Shown here: positions 1 through 13,865 of the stretch, in pieces
Position numbering within the stretch: position 1 is the first letter of the stretch
Layout: each line of letters opens with the position of its first letter
Origin: Octopus sinensis
Lineage: Eukaryota
DNA length: 64,000 nucleotides
NCBI RefSeq assembly: GCF_006345805.1
Contig: NC_043005.1
Location: 85,436,001-85,500,000, forward strand
Direction of reading: 5' to 3'
Program-made: the position numbers and the translations under genes
The notes under the pieces: generated by a model
What the model was told of the DNA's origin: nothing
What the model saw: only the letters and a program-made list of their open reading frames with translations
Databases searched by the model: none

Positions 1-397
1 TATGGAACTGAACGATATTTTGGCAGACTGTTTGGTTTTTTCCTGTTTCTAAATGTAAAATACACAGAAATACACAGAAGCTGAAAAGGAGTTGGGAAGA
101 AGAAAAGAAGAAGAAGAAGAGGAGGAGGAGGAGGAGGAGGAAAGGAGGAAGAGGATGAAGAAGGAGAAGGGAGAGAAGAAAAAGAAGTAAAAAGAAAAGG
201 AAGGAGAAGAGTTAAAAGAAGAAGGAGAAAAAAGAGAAAGAAAGAGAAAGTGAGGAAAAGTGTGATTGTGTGTGTGTGTGTGTGTATGTGTGTACATGTG
301 TGTGTTGGGAAAGGCACGGGCATCAGAACGTTGGCAGAAGTAAGAGAGTTTGCCACTGTAGCAGAAAGCTATGTTTTGGAATAAATTTTATTCCACA

Positions 398-794
398 CTA
401 GCAGTATCGCCCGGCGTTGCAAGGGTTTGTAAGGGAAATAACTATATAAGCATTTTTAGAGATGTAAAGTATAATAGCCATCTCAATATGGCTAACCACA
501 AAGGGGGGGGGGTTACTGTAGCTTTATACGTTCTGAGATTTAATAATAAATTTTTAGAGAGTTACTTCCCTTATATATGCCAAAAATGCATTAAAAATGA
601 GAAAAATTGATGGTAAATTATTTTTAAAATCGTAGACTCATTGTAGACGCGCACTAATACCCAGAAGGGCTCGATATGAATCACGACTATAAGATACCCG
701 GTTTTGGTTAAACTGCACCGCAAAATGTGGGAGTAGTTAGGAATCTAAATCGTAGGAGACAGACAGCACACAACCTCACTTTTATATATAAAGA
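398..794 (-). mobile_element. Non-autonomous Helitron
   Basis: Minus strand begins a|TCtttatatataaaa and ends with hairpin cccttgcaacgccggg followed by CTAG|t. Inserted in an AT dinucleotide with no TSD. Homologous copy at 46599-46995. Confidence 0.8.
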
Positions 795-1002
795 TTAATA
801 GCAGACATAATAATTCTATACAGTTGTTCTTCAGTTTGTCAAACAGAACGGAATGGAATCAGATGAAAACAAACAATCTTTCTGAAAGCGGAAACTGTAG
901 ACATCAACCTTGTCAAATTCTGAGGAAAACAATCACCGCCTTCCTGGATTGCACAGAGACAGGAATAAGGCTGTTTTGGTAATTTTTATTTCTCTGGATT
1001 AT

Positions 1003-1050
1003 AGGTGGCAATATCTTGATTTGCAGCTGCAAATCAAGATATTGCCACCT
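1003..1050. repeat. Perfect 48-bp spacerless palindrome
   Basis: aggtggcaatatcttgatttgcag|ctgcaaatcaagatattgccacct, with imperfect extension to about 987-1066. Confidence 0.95.
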
Positions 1051-1230
1051 GTAATGCAGAAAAATATGTTGCAGCATATTGCATTCTAGATTAGGGGTCT
1101 GTCTCCCTCATATGAGAGGAGAGTTATTCTGTCAGGGTGCTTGTGAGACCCATGGTGAGGACCTACAGGCTTCAGTTGTGACAGAAAGCAAGCTCTGAAT
1201 GTTATAATTAGAGATCTCTTCCAATAATCT

Positions 1231-1636
1231 TTTCTACGTTAGGCACAAGGCCTGAAATTTTGAGGGAAGGGCACCAGTCAATTACATCGACCCCAGTACA
1301 CAACTGGTACTTAATTTATCGATCCTGAAAGGATCAAAGGCAAAGTTGACCTCGGCAGAATTTTAACACTGAACTTAAAGACGGACGAAATACCTATTTC
1401 TTTACTACCTACAAAAGGCTAAACACAGAGAGGACGAACAAGGACATATAAACGGATTAAGTAGATTATGTCGACCCCAGTGCGTAACTGGTACTTATTT
1501 ACTCGACCCCAAAAGGATGAAAGGCAAATTCGACCTCGGTGGAATTTGAACTCAGAACGTAAAAACAGACGAAATACCACTAAGCATTTCGCCTGGGGTG
1601 CTAACGTTTGTGCCAGTTCGCTGCCTTAGCGCCTTC
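1231..1636 (-). mobile_element. SINE family A (tRNA-derived), with internally duplicated body
   Basis: Reverse complement of the family motif ...gagttcaaattcc...gaggtcgactttgcctttcatcctttcggggtcgat...gtaccag. The core occurs twice. Confidence 0.85.
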
Positions 1637-2007
1637 CAAAAATGTCATTCAGAGTGACTTGTTGGGGGAACTGGCCTGCTCTATGGTTGCAGGATAATGT
1701 ATGCAAGCTGAGTTCACCAATTACTGCTCCACAATGACACCTGTGTGACTCACAAACCCAGAGACCAAGACGCTGGGTGCTGGGTCACTCTACTACAAGT
1801 ACACTCATCACCAAGAATGGTACCGGTTGACGAGAAGGGAACCAAATTAAGTCATGTGCTGCTCTTTGGCTGCAAAGCAAAAGGGAGGCATCTTCCGAGA
1901 CAAATGTCGCGTAAAAGGAAGGAGAAATCTACGACTCTTGGATTTGTCTTGGAGACATCATATATTGTGTTATTCTCAACCATAAATCTATTTATTTCTG
2001 CCTTGGC

Positions 2008-2220
2008 ACAGGCATGATTGTACGGTTAAGAAGCTTGTTTTGAAAGCATGCAATCTCAGGTCCAGTCCTTCTAGGAAACACCTCAAGGAAACATTAGACT
2101 AACCAAAGCCTTGTAAGTGGATGTTGTAGACGGAAATTGAGAGAAGCTTGTGTGCGTGTGTTTGTGTGTACCATTGTCTTATTAAATGGTTGTAAGTAAG
2201 CATTGCTGTCTTACAAGTGA
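2008..2220 (+). mobile_element. SINE family B, degenerate 5' part
   Basis: Diverged match to the family B head and to accaaagccttgtaagtggat...gtagacggaaa. Confidence 0.6.
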
Positions 2221-2820
2221 GTGTGTATGTTTATACTGGAGATCTTATCTGAATGTTTATATATCGTACTTTCACTGGTGGAATCTAAGGACTAAAATTT
2301 GATGCTAAATTGGAGGAACAAAGAGGGTGAATTTGAGATCTAAAATGAGGAGTGATGTAACTCTGGTGACAGGCACAACCTTATCACTTTTATATTCATT
2401 TTCCTGTAATTTAAGGATACACCCAGACGAATCTTCACTACCATCCACTTTCTTTCCTAATTCGGGCAGCCATGTATCTCCCTTACAGCCACGACCCTGT
2501 TGCTGTGTCTGTGTCATTCTTTAACCCCTCATGAAGACACCTCGTTTGATATTGTTCCCCACCCTCTGTACTGATGCAATTCAAAAAGCAGCCAGTGCTC
2601 GTCGTAAATTTATGAAGAAAAATTCCATATCAGACATTGGAGCCTGGGGTAGTTGTCTGCTTGAATCTGAGACTAAATGGTTGGGAAGCAGTCTCCTTAA
2701 CTCCACAATCCCATTTGCACCTTCCTGTGCAATTTTCAACCACCTTTAATCAAATCAAATCAAATCAAATCACATACAATAAAAAACAATACAATAAATA
2801 AATGAACAAAATGTAAATAT

Positions 2821-2908
2821 CATCATCATCGTTGCTTAACATCTGCTTTCCCTGTTGGCATGGTTTGGATGGTTTGACTGAGGACTGGCAAGCCAGAAGG
2901 CTGTACCG
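2821..2908 (-). mobile_element. Repeat family C, 3' tail fragment
   Basis: (CAT)n followed by ...ggcatggtttggatggtttgactgagg..., as in the longer copies. Confidence 0.7.
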
Positions 2909-3189
2909 ATCAATAGATTATTATAAATAAACCAATGAATTATTCTTACCAAGAATATTTCTAGATTTTCTTAGAAATAAATCTCTGACTGTGTTTGTTC
3001 TAGAAAGTTCTTTCTCTTTGTGTGTGCGTGTGTGTTTGTTGTTGTAGACAGAATGTATATTTATCAGAGTTTATGAATGAAATCTAGTTTTTATTTTTGG
3101 TAGTCATGAACAGCCATGAAATATTGGTGCAGCAGGAAACGAAACTGTCTTTACTGATTGGAAATGATTTCAGTAATGAAACAGTTCTA

Positions 3190-3610
3190 GTGGCTGTGTG
3201 GTAAGTAGCTTGTTTACCAACCACATGGTTCCAGGTTCAGTCTCACTGCATGGCACCTTGGGCAGGTGTCTTCTACTATAGCCTCAGGGCCGACCAAAGC
3301 CGTGTGAGTGGATTTGGTAGATGGAAACTGAAAGGAGCCCAACGTATATATGTATATATATATATATATATATAAATGTATATGTGTATGTATATATTTG
3401 TATGTTTATGTTTGTCCCCCCAACATCACTTGACAACCGATGCTGGTGTGTTTGCATCCCCATCACTTTGGTTTGGCAAGAGAGACTGATAGAATAAGTA
3501 CTAGGTTTACAACGAATAAGTCCTGGGGTTGATTTGCTCGACTAAAGGCAGTGCTCCAGCATGGCTGCAGTCAAATGACTGAAACAGATAAAAGAAAAAG
3601 AAAAGAAAAA
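3190..3610 (+). mobile_element. SINE family B (tRNA-like head, internal microsatellite, A-rich tail)
   Basis: gtggctgtgtggtaagtagcttg...ggttcagtc...ggcaccttgggca...gcagtcaaatgactgaaac-(aaaag)n. About 10 copies or fragments in the window. Confidence 0.9.
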
Positions 3611-3796
3611 TGAAATCAAGCAAATATAACAAAAATTAAAAATAATAGACAAAATAATACAAAATTAAAATATCTATTTATTAGCAGAGCTGACACCGAA
3701 TTCTTTTCAGATTCTGATAATCTCCCAGATTCTCCCATTGTAGTGTTGTGTTTCTGTCATGGCTGCCATTATCACCATCATCATGAACACAATAGT

Positions 3797-4117
3797 AACA
3801 AGGCAACACCAATGTCCTCTCAACGATTAGCCAGAGATGATTTTTAAAATGAGAATATCTGAAATAAGCTTGACTGCTCTCACAAACAAGAATACTAAAA
3901 ATGAACCCAACCGCACTAAAAAATTAAGTAAAAAAAAACAGGGAAAATAATCCAGAATCCTTGTCCAGTATTAGATCGATCCCAATGGTAGTCATGGAAT
4001 GTGAAGGTAGCTGTAGAAAATTTAGTAACAGTAATAAATAGTTTATCCTTATCTAATACAAACCAAAGTTAACAAATTCACCATTCAAATTACTTTCAAA
4101 GGCAGAGGTAATAATGA
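3797..4117 (-). mobile_element. Helentron/DINE-1-like non-autonomous element, partial
   Basis: Reverse complement of parts of 39068-39432, ending aaggcagaggtaataa. Confidence 0.6.
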
Positions 4118-4515
4118 GTTCTACCCAGGAATTTTTAAATGAATAGTATGAGACCTTTTGGTTTTCTCTTCTCTTAAATTCTAGCCTTCCTTTAGTATTC
4201 CTGTTGTTTTAGATCGATATATAGATGTATGTATATATGTAAGTATACTGCAAAGTGTTAATATGTATGTATAATATATAATATATATATTATAAAAATA
4301 TGTTAGTGTTATTTAATTTCTGAACGGTTTTGCTGCTGTTTGCTTATGTAGTTTGATTTATTTATCCATCAGTTTCTACTAAGATGGAGATGCGAGTAAA
4401 ATTAAGAATAGAAAAACGGAAATAAGACTTTGGAAACAGCCTAAAAAGGAGATAATTGAGAAAGACTTGAAAGTCAACATAAGATTGTAATCATGTAAAG
4501 TAAAGTAGATATAAC

Positions 4516-4712
4516 AAAATAATCCAGAATTCTTGTTCCATACTGGATCGATCTCAAGACTAATCAGTTCGTGCCAGTTGCAAGGTCAAACATCCCTGAA
4601 GGTTTCATCCAAATACATCCAGCAGTTCTCGAGATATCTTGTCCACGGACAAACAAACAAACAAACACAACTGAAAACAATACCTCTGCTTCTACTAAGG
4701 TGGAAATAATAA
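4516..4712 (-). mobile_element. Helentron/DINE-1-like non-autonomous element, 5' part
   Basis: Reverse complement of 39068-39260, including the (caaa)n microsatellite and terminal hairpin. Confidence 0.65.
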
Positions 4713-4749
4713 TCTTTTCAAATAATGATAATAACAATAATTATTCTGT

Positions 4750-4932
4750 CTAATATTAGCACTAGGCCAGCAAGTTTGAAGGTGGGGTTGGGAGCTAGTT
4801 GATTTTCTGAACTCAAATGGATGAAAGTCAAAGTCAACCTTGGCTGAATTTGTGTTCAGCACATAAAGATGGACGAAATGCCTCTAAGAATTTTTCCTGG
4901 TTTGCTAACGATTCTGTCAGCTGACTGCCTTG
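4750..4932 (-). mobile_element. SINE family A, degenerate
   Basis: ggatgaaagtcaaagtcaacctt...gacgaaatgcctctaag...gctaacgattctgtcagctgactgcctt. Confidence 0.75.
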
Positions 4933-5339
4933 GAATAATAATGGAAGAAATAATGGGAGAAGATGAAACAAAAATGGGAAACGTAATTAAATATGTCGGA
5001 GATTAGAGCTTTACGAACATGTTTGAAAGAGAGTTTGTTAAAGAAAAGCAAACAGGTTGACAACGATGATGACGATGAGGAGGAGGGGGATGACAGAGAC
5101 GAGGACAATAAAGATGAACAGTATGAAGATGATGATGATGAGGAGGATGACAGAGACGAGGACAATAAAGATGAACAGTATGAAGATGATGATGATGAGG
5201 AGGAGGAGGAGGGGGAGGAGGATGGTTCTAATAGCAACGATGATTGTTTATACAAAAATGGGAACTGTTATAATGATGCTGTTGATGTTAGTGCTGCCAA
5301 TAACAGCACCAACACAGTGAGACCGCATGCTGATTCACT

Positions 5340-6120
<781 letters not shown>

Positions 6121-6354
6121 TGATCAAGTAATATAGGAATATTGAAATGAATAACGAGAAAAATATGGTTTCAAAAATGGAATTTTGTAAAATTTACAAT
6201 GGAAATATTTTGTGCATTTGAAAACAGTTCTTGTATTCTCGGAGACAGTAAAGATTGGAATGAAGTTTGCCAAATTACAATTTTGGTCTCTAAAAGCGAT
6301 ATTCATGTGAAACATTGTTTAATTAAGATATTGTATATATGCAAACAATAGGGT

Positions 6355-6650
6355 GCATGTATGTATGTATGTATGTATGTATGTATGTATGTATGTATAT
6401 GCATGCATGTATGTATGTATGTATGTATGTATGTATGTATGTATGTATGTATGTATGTATGTATGCATGCATGTATGTATGTATGTATGCATGTATGTAT
6501 GTATGTATGCATGTATGTACGTATATATGCATGTATGTATGTATGCATGTATGTAGTATGTATGTATGTATGTATGTATGCATGCATGCATGTATGTACG
6601 TATGTATGCATGTATGTACGTATATATGTATGTATGTGTATATGTATGTA
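6355..6650. repeat. (ATGT)n microsatellite
   Basis: Directly visible. Confidence 0.97.
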
Positions 6651-6689
6651 TAATAATATGAATAATATATAAATATATGCATATATATA

Positions 6690-7249
6690 CTTACATATAC
6701 GTACATGCCTACATATATATGTATATATGCATGCATATATGGGTACAGGACGTCAAAAAAAACGTGAACAAAATGAGAAACAAGAACATAAAAAACAAAA
6801 ACATGGAAAACGAACGTTTTTGCGAACAACGAAAGAAACAAATAGAGAACCGAGACAGGCAAAAAAAGAAAATTTCCTTCATCAGTTGTCCCCTGTTTTA
6901 TCTACTCCACATTTCAAAGGTAGGGACAAAACGTGGATTTGTTAAAACAGTCCTTCCCATAAAGCAAATTAAATAAAATATGGGATTTTTCGCGGAGGGT
7001 TAAAGTGGTAACAAAAACAGGACAGTGAGAACAAAACAGTAAAAACATGGCGAGGTCTTTTAAGCCATAACGAGGTGATGAGGTGAATGTTAGAAAAATG
7101 AGGTTTGAGAAGAGAAATGTACTAGCACGTCTTGTCTTTAGGAAGAAAGTAGAAGAAAGAAAGATAGATAGCCGTTGGTCATGTATGAGCAACGAGAGAG
7201 TCAAGGAGGAAGAATGAGAGAGAGGGAATAGTGAAGGGGAGAGGAGAAG

Positions 7250-7250
<1 letters not shown>
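6690..7250 (-). mobile_element. Short Penelope-like non-coding element (family P) carrying a permuted hammerhead motif
   Basis: Homologous to 12270-12612, 56645-57340 and 57747-58128. Flanked by TA-rich microsatellites. Confidence 0.6.
6876..6937 (-). ncRNA. Candidate non-circularly-permuted hammerhead ribozyme
   Basis: Minus strand: tccacgt-T-ttgtccct-a-ccttt-GAAAtgtgga-(11 nt)-aggggacaa-CTGATGA-agg. Confidence 0.5.
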
Positions 7251-7327
<77 letters not shown>

Positions 7328-7509
7328 CATATATATACTTAAAATAATATAGGGTAGCAAAACTATAGAAATTTTTCTACCAGTGGCCTAGCATGTATAA
7401 GAAGTTGAGGCTTTTGACTGTTCCTTCTAGCATGTAATGCGATCTGTTATGGGTCACCTCTTTTTGTGTTCAAATATACACTAATTAATTGAATTATATG
7501 TAGTAAGTA

Positions 7510-8033
7510 ACTAAACTCTGCTTGCGAAGACCTGTTGAGGCAAGTGAAATCGAAATCGAATTCAAATTCGATGACGAGCATCCGTGATAGTGGAGCGCTA
7601 AGAGTACCATACGAGTGAGATCATTGCCAGAGCAACAAGCTGCTCTCTGTGCCGATGGCTTGTAAAAAACACCATTCGAGCGTGATCGTTACCTGCATTG
7701 CCTTATGGCACTTGTGCTGGTGGCACATGAAAAAACATTCGAGCAAGGTCGTTGCCAGTGCTGCTGGACTGGCTCCTGTGCAGGTGGTGCATAAAAAGCA
7801 CCATTTGAGTGTGGCCATTGCCAGTACCACCTGACTGGCCCTCGTGCCGATGGCACGTAAAAGCACCCGCTACGCTCTCGGAGTGATTGGCGTTAGGAAA
7901 GGCATCCAGCTGTAGAAACTTTGCCAGATCAGATTGGAGTCTGGTGCAGCCATCTGGTTCGCCAGACCTCAGTGAAATCGTCTAACCCATGCTAGCATGG
8001 AAAGCAGACGTTAATCGATGATGATGATGATGA
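7510..8033 (+). mobile_element. Repeat family C (SINE-like, tandem 5' modules, (GAT)n tail)
   Basis: Repeated ...ggcacgtaaaagcacc modules, then ttggcgttaggaaaggcatccagctgtagaaac...gcatggaaagcagacgtt-(gat)n. Confidence 0.85.
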
Positions 8034-8689
8034 TATATACATACAGACACGCACACACACACACACACATACACACACACACCACACACACGTATACACA
8101 CACATTCACACACTCTATGGAGGCGTATAATTTACAAAGGATAAAAAATATTTTTATAGAAGAAAAGCTATCACAGAATCTCATTTGGAACTAGTTTGGT
8201 CTTATGAAGGATACCACAAAGCATGAAAATATACAAAACATCCTTAGTCCAATCAATATACGAACATACGTTCTGTGCTCAAATTGAACTCTCACTGACA
8301 TTTAAACTTAATCTTCTATGTTTCATTGTTGCGTAGTCAGAGTTCAGCTTTATTTAAATGACACATAGGATCAATAAGTTGTAGATTTCATGACCTGATA
8401 CGATTGGTAGATCGTCTGTTCTTTTACTGAGTTGAATAATATTCTCCAATCTTTACTCTTCACTATTTTATTTCATTTTTGCAGTTTTTTGCAAGATTCT
8501 TAGTGTAAACTCGCGTATTAAAGCAGATTTTGCTGTTAATTGTTGATAGGGTCACCATATTTTGTTTTACAACCATTATACATCACCAAATATATTATGC
8601 CAAGTATATTAAGTCAGTAGTGTGCTTGTATAAGAAATGGTGCAACTTTCTGTGCTGGCACTAAATTCTATAGAGAATCTATAGAGATA

Positions 8690-8983
8690 AAAAAAGCATT
8701 CGAGCGAGGTTGTTCCCAGTGCCGCTGGACTGGCTCCTATGCAGGTGGCACATAAAAAGCACCATTTGAGCGTGGATGTTGCCAGTACTGCCTGACTGGC
8801 CCCCGTGCCGGTGGCACGTAAAAGTACCCACTACACTCTCAGAGTGGTTGGTGTTAGGAAGGGCATCCAGCTGTAGAAACTCTGCCAGATCAGATTGGAG
8901 TCTGGTGCAGCCATCTGGTTCGCCAGACCTCAGTCAAATCGTCCAACCCATGCTAGCATGGAAAGCGGACGTTAAACGATGAT
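8690..8983 (+). mobile_element. Repeat family C
   Basis: Close match to 7735-8025. Confidence 0.85.
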
Positions 8984-9574
8984 ACACTTTAAAAAGATTG
9001 AATGGACCATGGTACCACAAAACTTGACTTAAAAAGGATTTAGCAAATCCTATCAGGTAGTGTTATTAAGCTAGATATGGCCCAGGCCAATCTTTGGTCA
9101 GAAACATTTATTTTGGGAGGGTGATTATGCTAACAATAAACACACTCACTGGTTCTACTTCACTTTTTTATTTTTATTTACTGTTGGTTAACTATTTAGT
9201 GGATTAACTCATTGGTTATTTGATTAATCATTTGATCAACTTATCAATCAGATCAGTTCATTGCATTCTTTAATCATCTTTCACTTCCTCAGTAATGAGG
9301 TAGTGAAATGTGCCTCTATATACACCCATGCATACATATATACACACACGCACATACATACATATACTCATGCACACACACACATATATATATATACATG
9401 CACACAGTGGTAGACTGGCCAGGTTGCCAGTTAGCCTGATAGCAAGTGGGCCCCTGTGCCATTAGAATGCATATATGGGGACCCATGTTAGTATCTAAGA
9501 GGCCCATCCCCTGAAGTTTGAGAATACTCCTGGAAGAATGCTTTAATTAGTTCAGCCAGGATGCACATACACAT

Positions 9575-9737
9575 ATGACAGGCTTCTTCGAGTTTCTGTC
9601 TACCAAATTCATACAGAAGGTTATCGTTGGTCCAGGTCTATAGTAGAAAACACATACTCAAGATGCCATGTAGTGGGACTGAACCTGGAACCATGTGGTT
9701 GGGAAGTAAAATCTTTACCACACAGCCATGCCTGTGC
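9575..9737 (-). mobile_element. SINE family B, 5' half
   Basis: gtgggactgaacctggaaccatgtggttgg...ttaccacacagcca is the reverse complement of the family B head. Confidence 0.8.
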
Positions 9738-9738
9738 T

Positions 9739-9770
<32 letters not shown>

Positions 9771-9791
9771 ATATTATTATGTGTGTATATA

Positions 9792-9822
<31 letters not shown>

Positions 9823-9823
<1 letters not shown>

Positions 9824-10155
9824 CATTATCCTCATCATCGTTGTTGAACGTCCGTTTTTCCATGCTGGCATGGGCTGGATGGTTTGACTGAGGTCTGGAG
9901 AGCCAGCGGCTGCACTAGTCTCCAATCTGATCTGGCAATATTTCTACAGCTGGATGCCCTTCATAATGCCAACCACTCCGATAGTGTAGTGAGTGCTTTT
10001 TATGTGCCACTGGCATGGGAACCAGTTAGAAGGCACTAGCATTGGCCATGTTCAGATGGTGCTTTTTACGTTTCACCAGCGTGGGAGCCAGTTAGGTGGC
10101 ACTGTCATCAGCCACGTTTGGATGATGCTTTTTATGTGCCACTGGCACAGGAGCC
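9823..10155 (-). mobile_element. Repeat family C
   Basis: (CAT)n...ccatgctggcatggg...ctacagctggatgccct...gtgcttttt modules. Confidence 0.85.
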
Positions 10156-10171
10156 ATATATATATATATAT

Positions 10172-10470
10172 ATCTGTAAAAGTAATATGTGACAATTATT
10201 CGGTAGCCAAGATAAAACTCCGAGTTTCGGATGCCGAGATAGAAATCCATGCCACCATCTCTTCAGTTATCCGGCCATCATACCGTTTTTCTGATGGCCG
10301 GATAACTGAAGAGATGGCAGCGTGGATTTCCACCTCGGCATCCGAAACTCGGAGTTTGATCATGGCTACCGAATAATTGTCACATACTACACTTACAGAT
10401 AATTTCCTCTATTTATATAATATCGAGGTCTCTTTCTTTCTTTTGTTATCTTTCCATTTTTATCAATATA
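10172..10470. mobile_element. Fold-back Penelope-like element with two type I hammerhead motifs
   Basis: Arms 10172-10280 and 10292-10400 are inverted. Each has gataa-CTGAAGA-gatg...catc-c-GAAACtcggaGTT-t(t/g)atc. A single-arm copy lies at 18075-18250. Confidence 0.75.
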
Positions 10471-10591
10471 TATATATAGATATATATGTTTATAGATGTA
10501 TGTATGTATGTATGCATGTATATTTAGTTCATGTATATATATATTACCTTATTCACACAAATATGTACATAATACATGTTTGTGTGTGCAT

Positions 10592-10635
<44 letters not shown>

Positions 10636-11349
10636 TACATATATATATGTAGAAATGCACACACATGTATATATAATACATACATGCACATACACATGAA
10701 ATATGCATACATTCTACATAATGCAATATAGGGTCTATTATAATAATATAGAATACTCTCGGATATTAAAATATGAAGGTTATTGTACAAATCAGATTGA
10801 ATAAACTGGCAAGATTGTGCTTACTGTTTGTATGTTTGTCTGGAGAATGCTTTTGCATGTGGCCTGACATTGTATATATTTTAGAAAACTATGCACATAC
10901 ATAAATGTACACATACCCTCCTACATATATATGTGTATGTATAAAGACATAAGCAAATAAACATTCTCATATATGTATATTTATATATGCGATAATGTAT
11001 GCGTGGTGCACATCCATGTGTGTATGTATAAGTATGCATCTAACCACATAATTTCACAAAGTATATGCACATCAATACAAATAAATTAACTTTGTGTATT
11101 TTATAAACGAACATCCAATAATATTAGTAAATTAAAATCTTTGTTGTGTGCAGTCCATATAAATGGCGTCTCAAATAAAACACACCCACATATAACGTAC
11201 ACAATATTCATACATACATAGACAAGCATCAATAAGCATAGACATACATACAGACACAGACAGACACATATTATTAATATATATATATATATAAATATAT
11301 ATATGTATATGTATATGTATATGTGTATATCTATCTATATATATATATG

Positions 11350-11399
<50 letters not shown>

Positions 11400-11807
11400 A
11401 TATATATATATATATATAAAGTAACAAACTGGGAAAGAGATCCTTGAAAGGGGTGTGTTAAGCATCCGATTCAATGGTACTTCAGTCGGATACCCATATC
11501 AATATGGATATGCAATTATAAAGATAATAAATATAGAGGGTACTATTGCATCCAATAATTTATTATATTTCATTACATGATATACTAGGAATATAATATA
11601 TATTATATAACATAATCAATTATTAAAAATAAACATAAAAAAAGCCAAAGATTGTTTCGACTTATATACATTTTTGATATACATACACAATAATAGTTAT
11701 CTTTTATATATATATAAATATATATACTATATATATATATATATATATGTATCGCGGGTGAGGTGTTAACCACAGTAAATAAGGTACTCAATACATAGCA
11801 GAGTAAA

Positions 11808-11925
11808 ATTATTATTATATAGGGAGCTTCTACAGGACTAGAACTGTTTCATTCAAGAGAAATCTTCTCCTGAAGATCTTGAATGAACAGTTCTAGTCCT
11901 GTAGAAGCTCCTTCTATATAATAAA
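11808..11925. repeat. Fold-back repeat with partial hammerhead-like motif
   Basis: ggagcttctacaggactagaactgtt...aacagttctagtcctgtagaagctcc. CTGAAGA and GAAAC...GTC are distributed over the two arms. Confidence 0.7.
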
Positions 11926-12201
11926 TAAAATAATATAATATATATATATATATATATAATAATAATATATAAATATATATATATATAATATAATATAGAT
12001 ATATAATATATTTATATATATAGTATAGTCACTTCAGGGTCATGTTAAAGATTGATGATGAAATTCTATGTGAAAGTACAGCTGGACTGCAAAAATTAAT
12101 TCAAATGTCTGTATTATGAACATGAGCGTTAACTATTCAATGATACATGTGTGTGTGTGTGTTGTATTTATACTATGTATATTAGATCTATATATAATAT
12201 A

Positions 12202-12253
<52 letters not shown>

Positions 12254-12269
12254 TATATAATGATAATTA

Positions 12270-12612
12270 ATAAATAAATAAACATAGGCATATATACATA
12301 CATATATGTACGTACCTACCTTTACATGTATATATACATGCATATATGGGTACAGGACACCAAACACGTCGAACAAAATGAGAAACGAAAACATAAACAC
12401 AAAACCAAGGAAATGGACATTTTTTTAAAACAACGAAAAAATAGAGTACAGGACATACAAAACAAGGAAAATTCCCCTTTTTCAGTCGCCTTAATTTCAT
12501 CTACTCCACGTTTCGAAGGTCAAGGCGATACATGACTTCAATGAAAATTTCCTTCCGCGAAAATCAAAAAATAAAATTGAGATTTTTTTGCGGAGGGGTA
12601 AAAATGGTTACA
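12270..12612 (-). mobile_element. Family P element; permuted hammerhead motif at 12474-12534 with mutated core
   Basis: Minus strand: catgt-A-tcgcctt-ga-ccttc-GAAAcgtg...aaggcga-CTGAAAA-agggg. Confidence 0.6.
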
Positions 12613-13339
12613 ATATAATATATTATATAATATATATATATAATATAATATATACATGCACAAACCACACACACACACACACACCACACACACACACATA
12701 TATATATACGCGCATGCATGCACCTCGCTCTTGGACCCGACGAGATCTCCGGCTCGATTCTGGGGCCGTCGCCTGTCGTGGGTTTCCCCCGCCCGTCTCC
12801 GCGGGACCACTCTTCCATCTTCCCTCAGCTGGAGTCCTTTTTCCTTATAACCCTCCCTTTTTGTTACACACACACGCGCACACATACATACACCCACTCA
12901 CACACACACATTTGCTTAAATATATACATTACTCTTACACACACTTCAAATCTACTACTCGCCATACATACAACTACGACACTGGACACACACACACTAC
13001 CACTCAACACACACGCTGGCACGTTACATACGCCCCACCCCTTCCCCTCCCTCCCTTCCTCCTTCCTTCATTTTTTTACTACTGACCACTGTCTGCTATG
13101 CCTACTACTGTTCGCCCTACCTCACACGCCTACACACAGACGCACACACTAACGATACATATATTTTTTTGTTTTTTTATCTCGCCTCACACACACATAC
13201 ACACACGCACGCACACCACACAGACACACATCTGTTGCGTTACCAACCCTTCTCCACTCTTTTGGCTTTAAAAACCTACTTTTCTCTTGTTATCGTAAAA
13301 TTCCGCCCCGCCTTTCACCATGTGTACTTCGTAAACACC

Positions 13340-13533
13340 ATCGTTTTTTTTTTTCTCCCTCTTGTGCCCACCTTGGGATCTTTCTTTCCTCTCTCTTCCT
13401 TCTTTATGTTTCCGACGAAGAGCTCCGCTTGAAACGTCATAACCTTTCCTGCTTCCATCTTTCCTGAGCGCCTAGTAATATATACTGTAATTGTTCCACG
13501 TGTTGTTTTTTTTTCTGTTTTCCCGTTGGATTT

Positions 13534-13537
<4 letters not shown>
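13340..13537 (+). mobile_element. Short Penelope-like element (family F) with degenerate minimal hammerhead
   Basis: ttt-CCGACGA-agagctccgctt-GAAACGTC. Related copies at 16900-17095, 19137-19335, 32695-32890, 58520-58645, 59630-59800 and 63370-63470. Confidence 0.55.
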
Positions 13538-13578
<41 letters not shown>

Positions 13579-13654
13579 TATATATATACACACTCACACA
13601 CAGATCTACTTCTACATACAACATATGGCATATATAGTTACAATTGTGGATTCA

Positions 13655-13865
13655 TACATTTCAGAGCATTTGGAATGCTTTTTATGCTTTGATACTGATG
13701 ATATGTTTCCATCTTCAGTCTCTAACTCCTTACAATCTTTGCAGACGAAAGATCTGACAACTTTTAAAAATCGAGATATTTCTAAATCGTTATGCTCAGT
13801 AACTGCATGCCTCTTCATTTTCTGAGTAAGCTGAGGGTCTGGTATTATTATTTTCTGAAACAAAG
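13655..13865 (-). pseudogene. Tc1/mariner-type transposase N-terminal (HTH) remnant
   Basis: QLTQKMKRHAV..EHNDLEISRFLKVVRSFVCK..KELETEDGN. A second copy lies at 15220-15460. Confidence 0.55.

Noticed and set aside
1640-2640. GC-richer unique stretches with short ORFs (also 16020-16390, 25320-25740, 36060-36640 and 44240-44525)
   Set aside because: No recognisable motifs or consistent splice structure. They are probably old TE debris and cannot be called.
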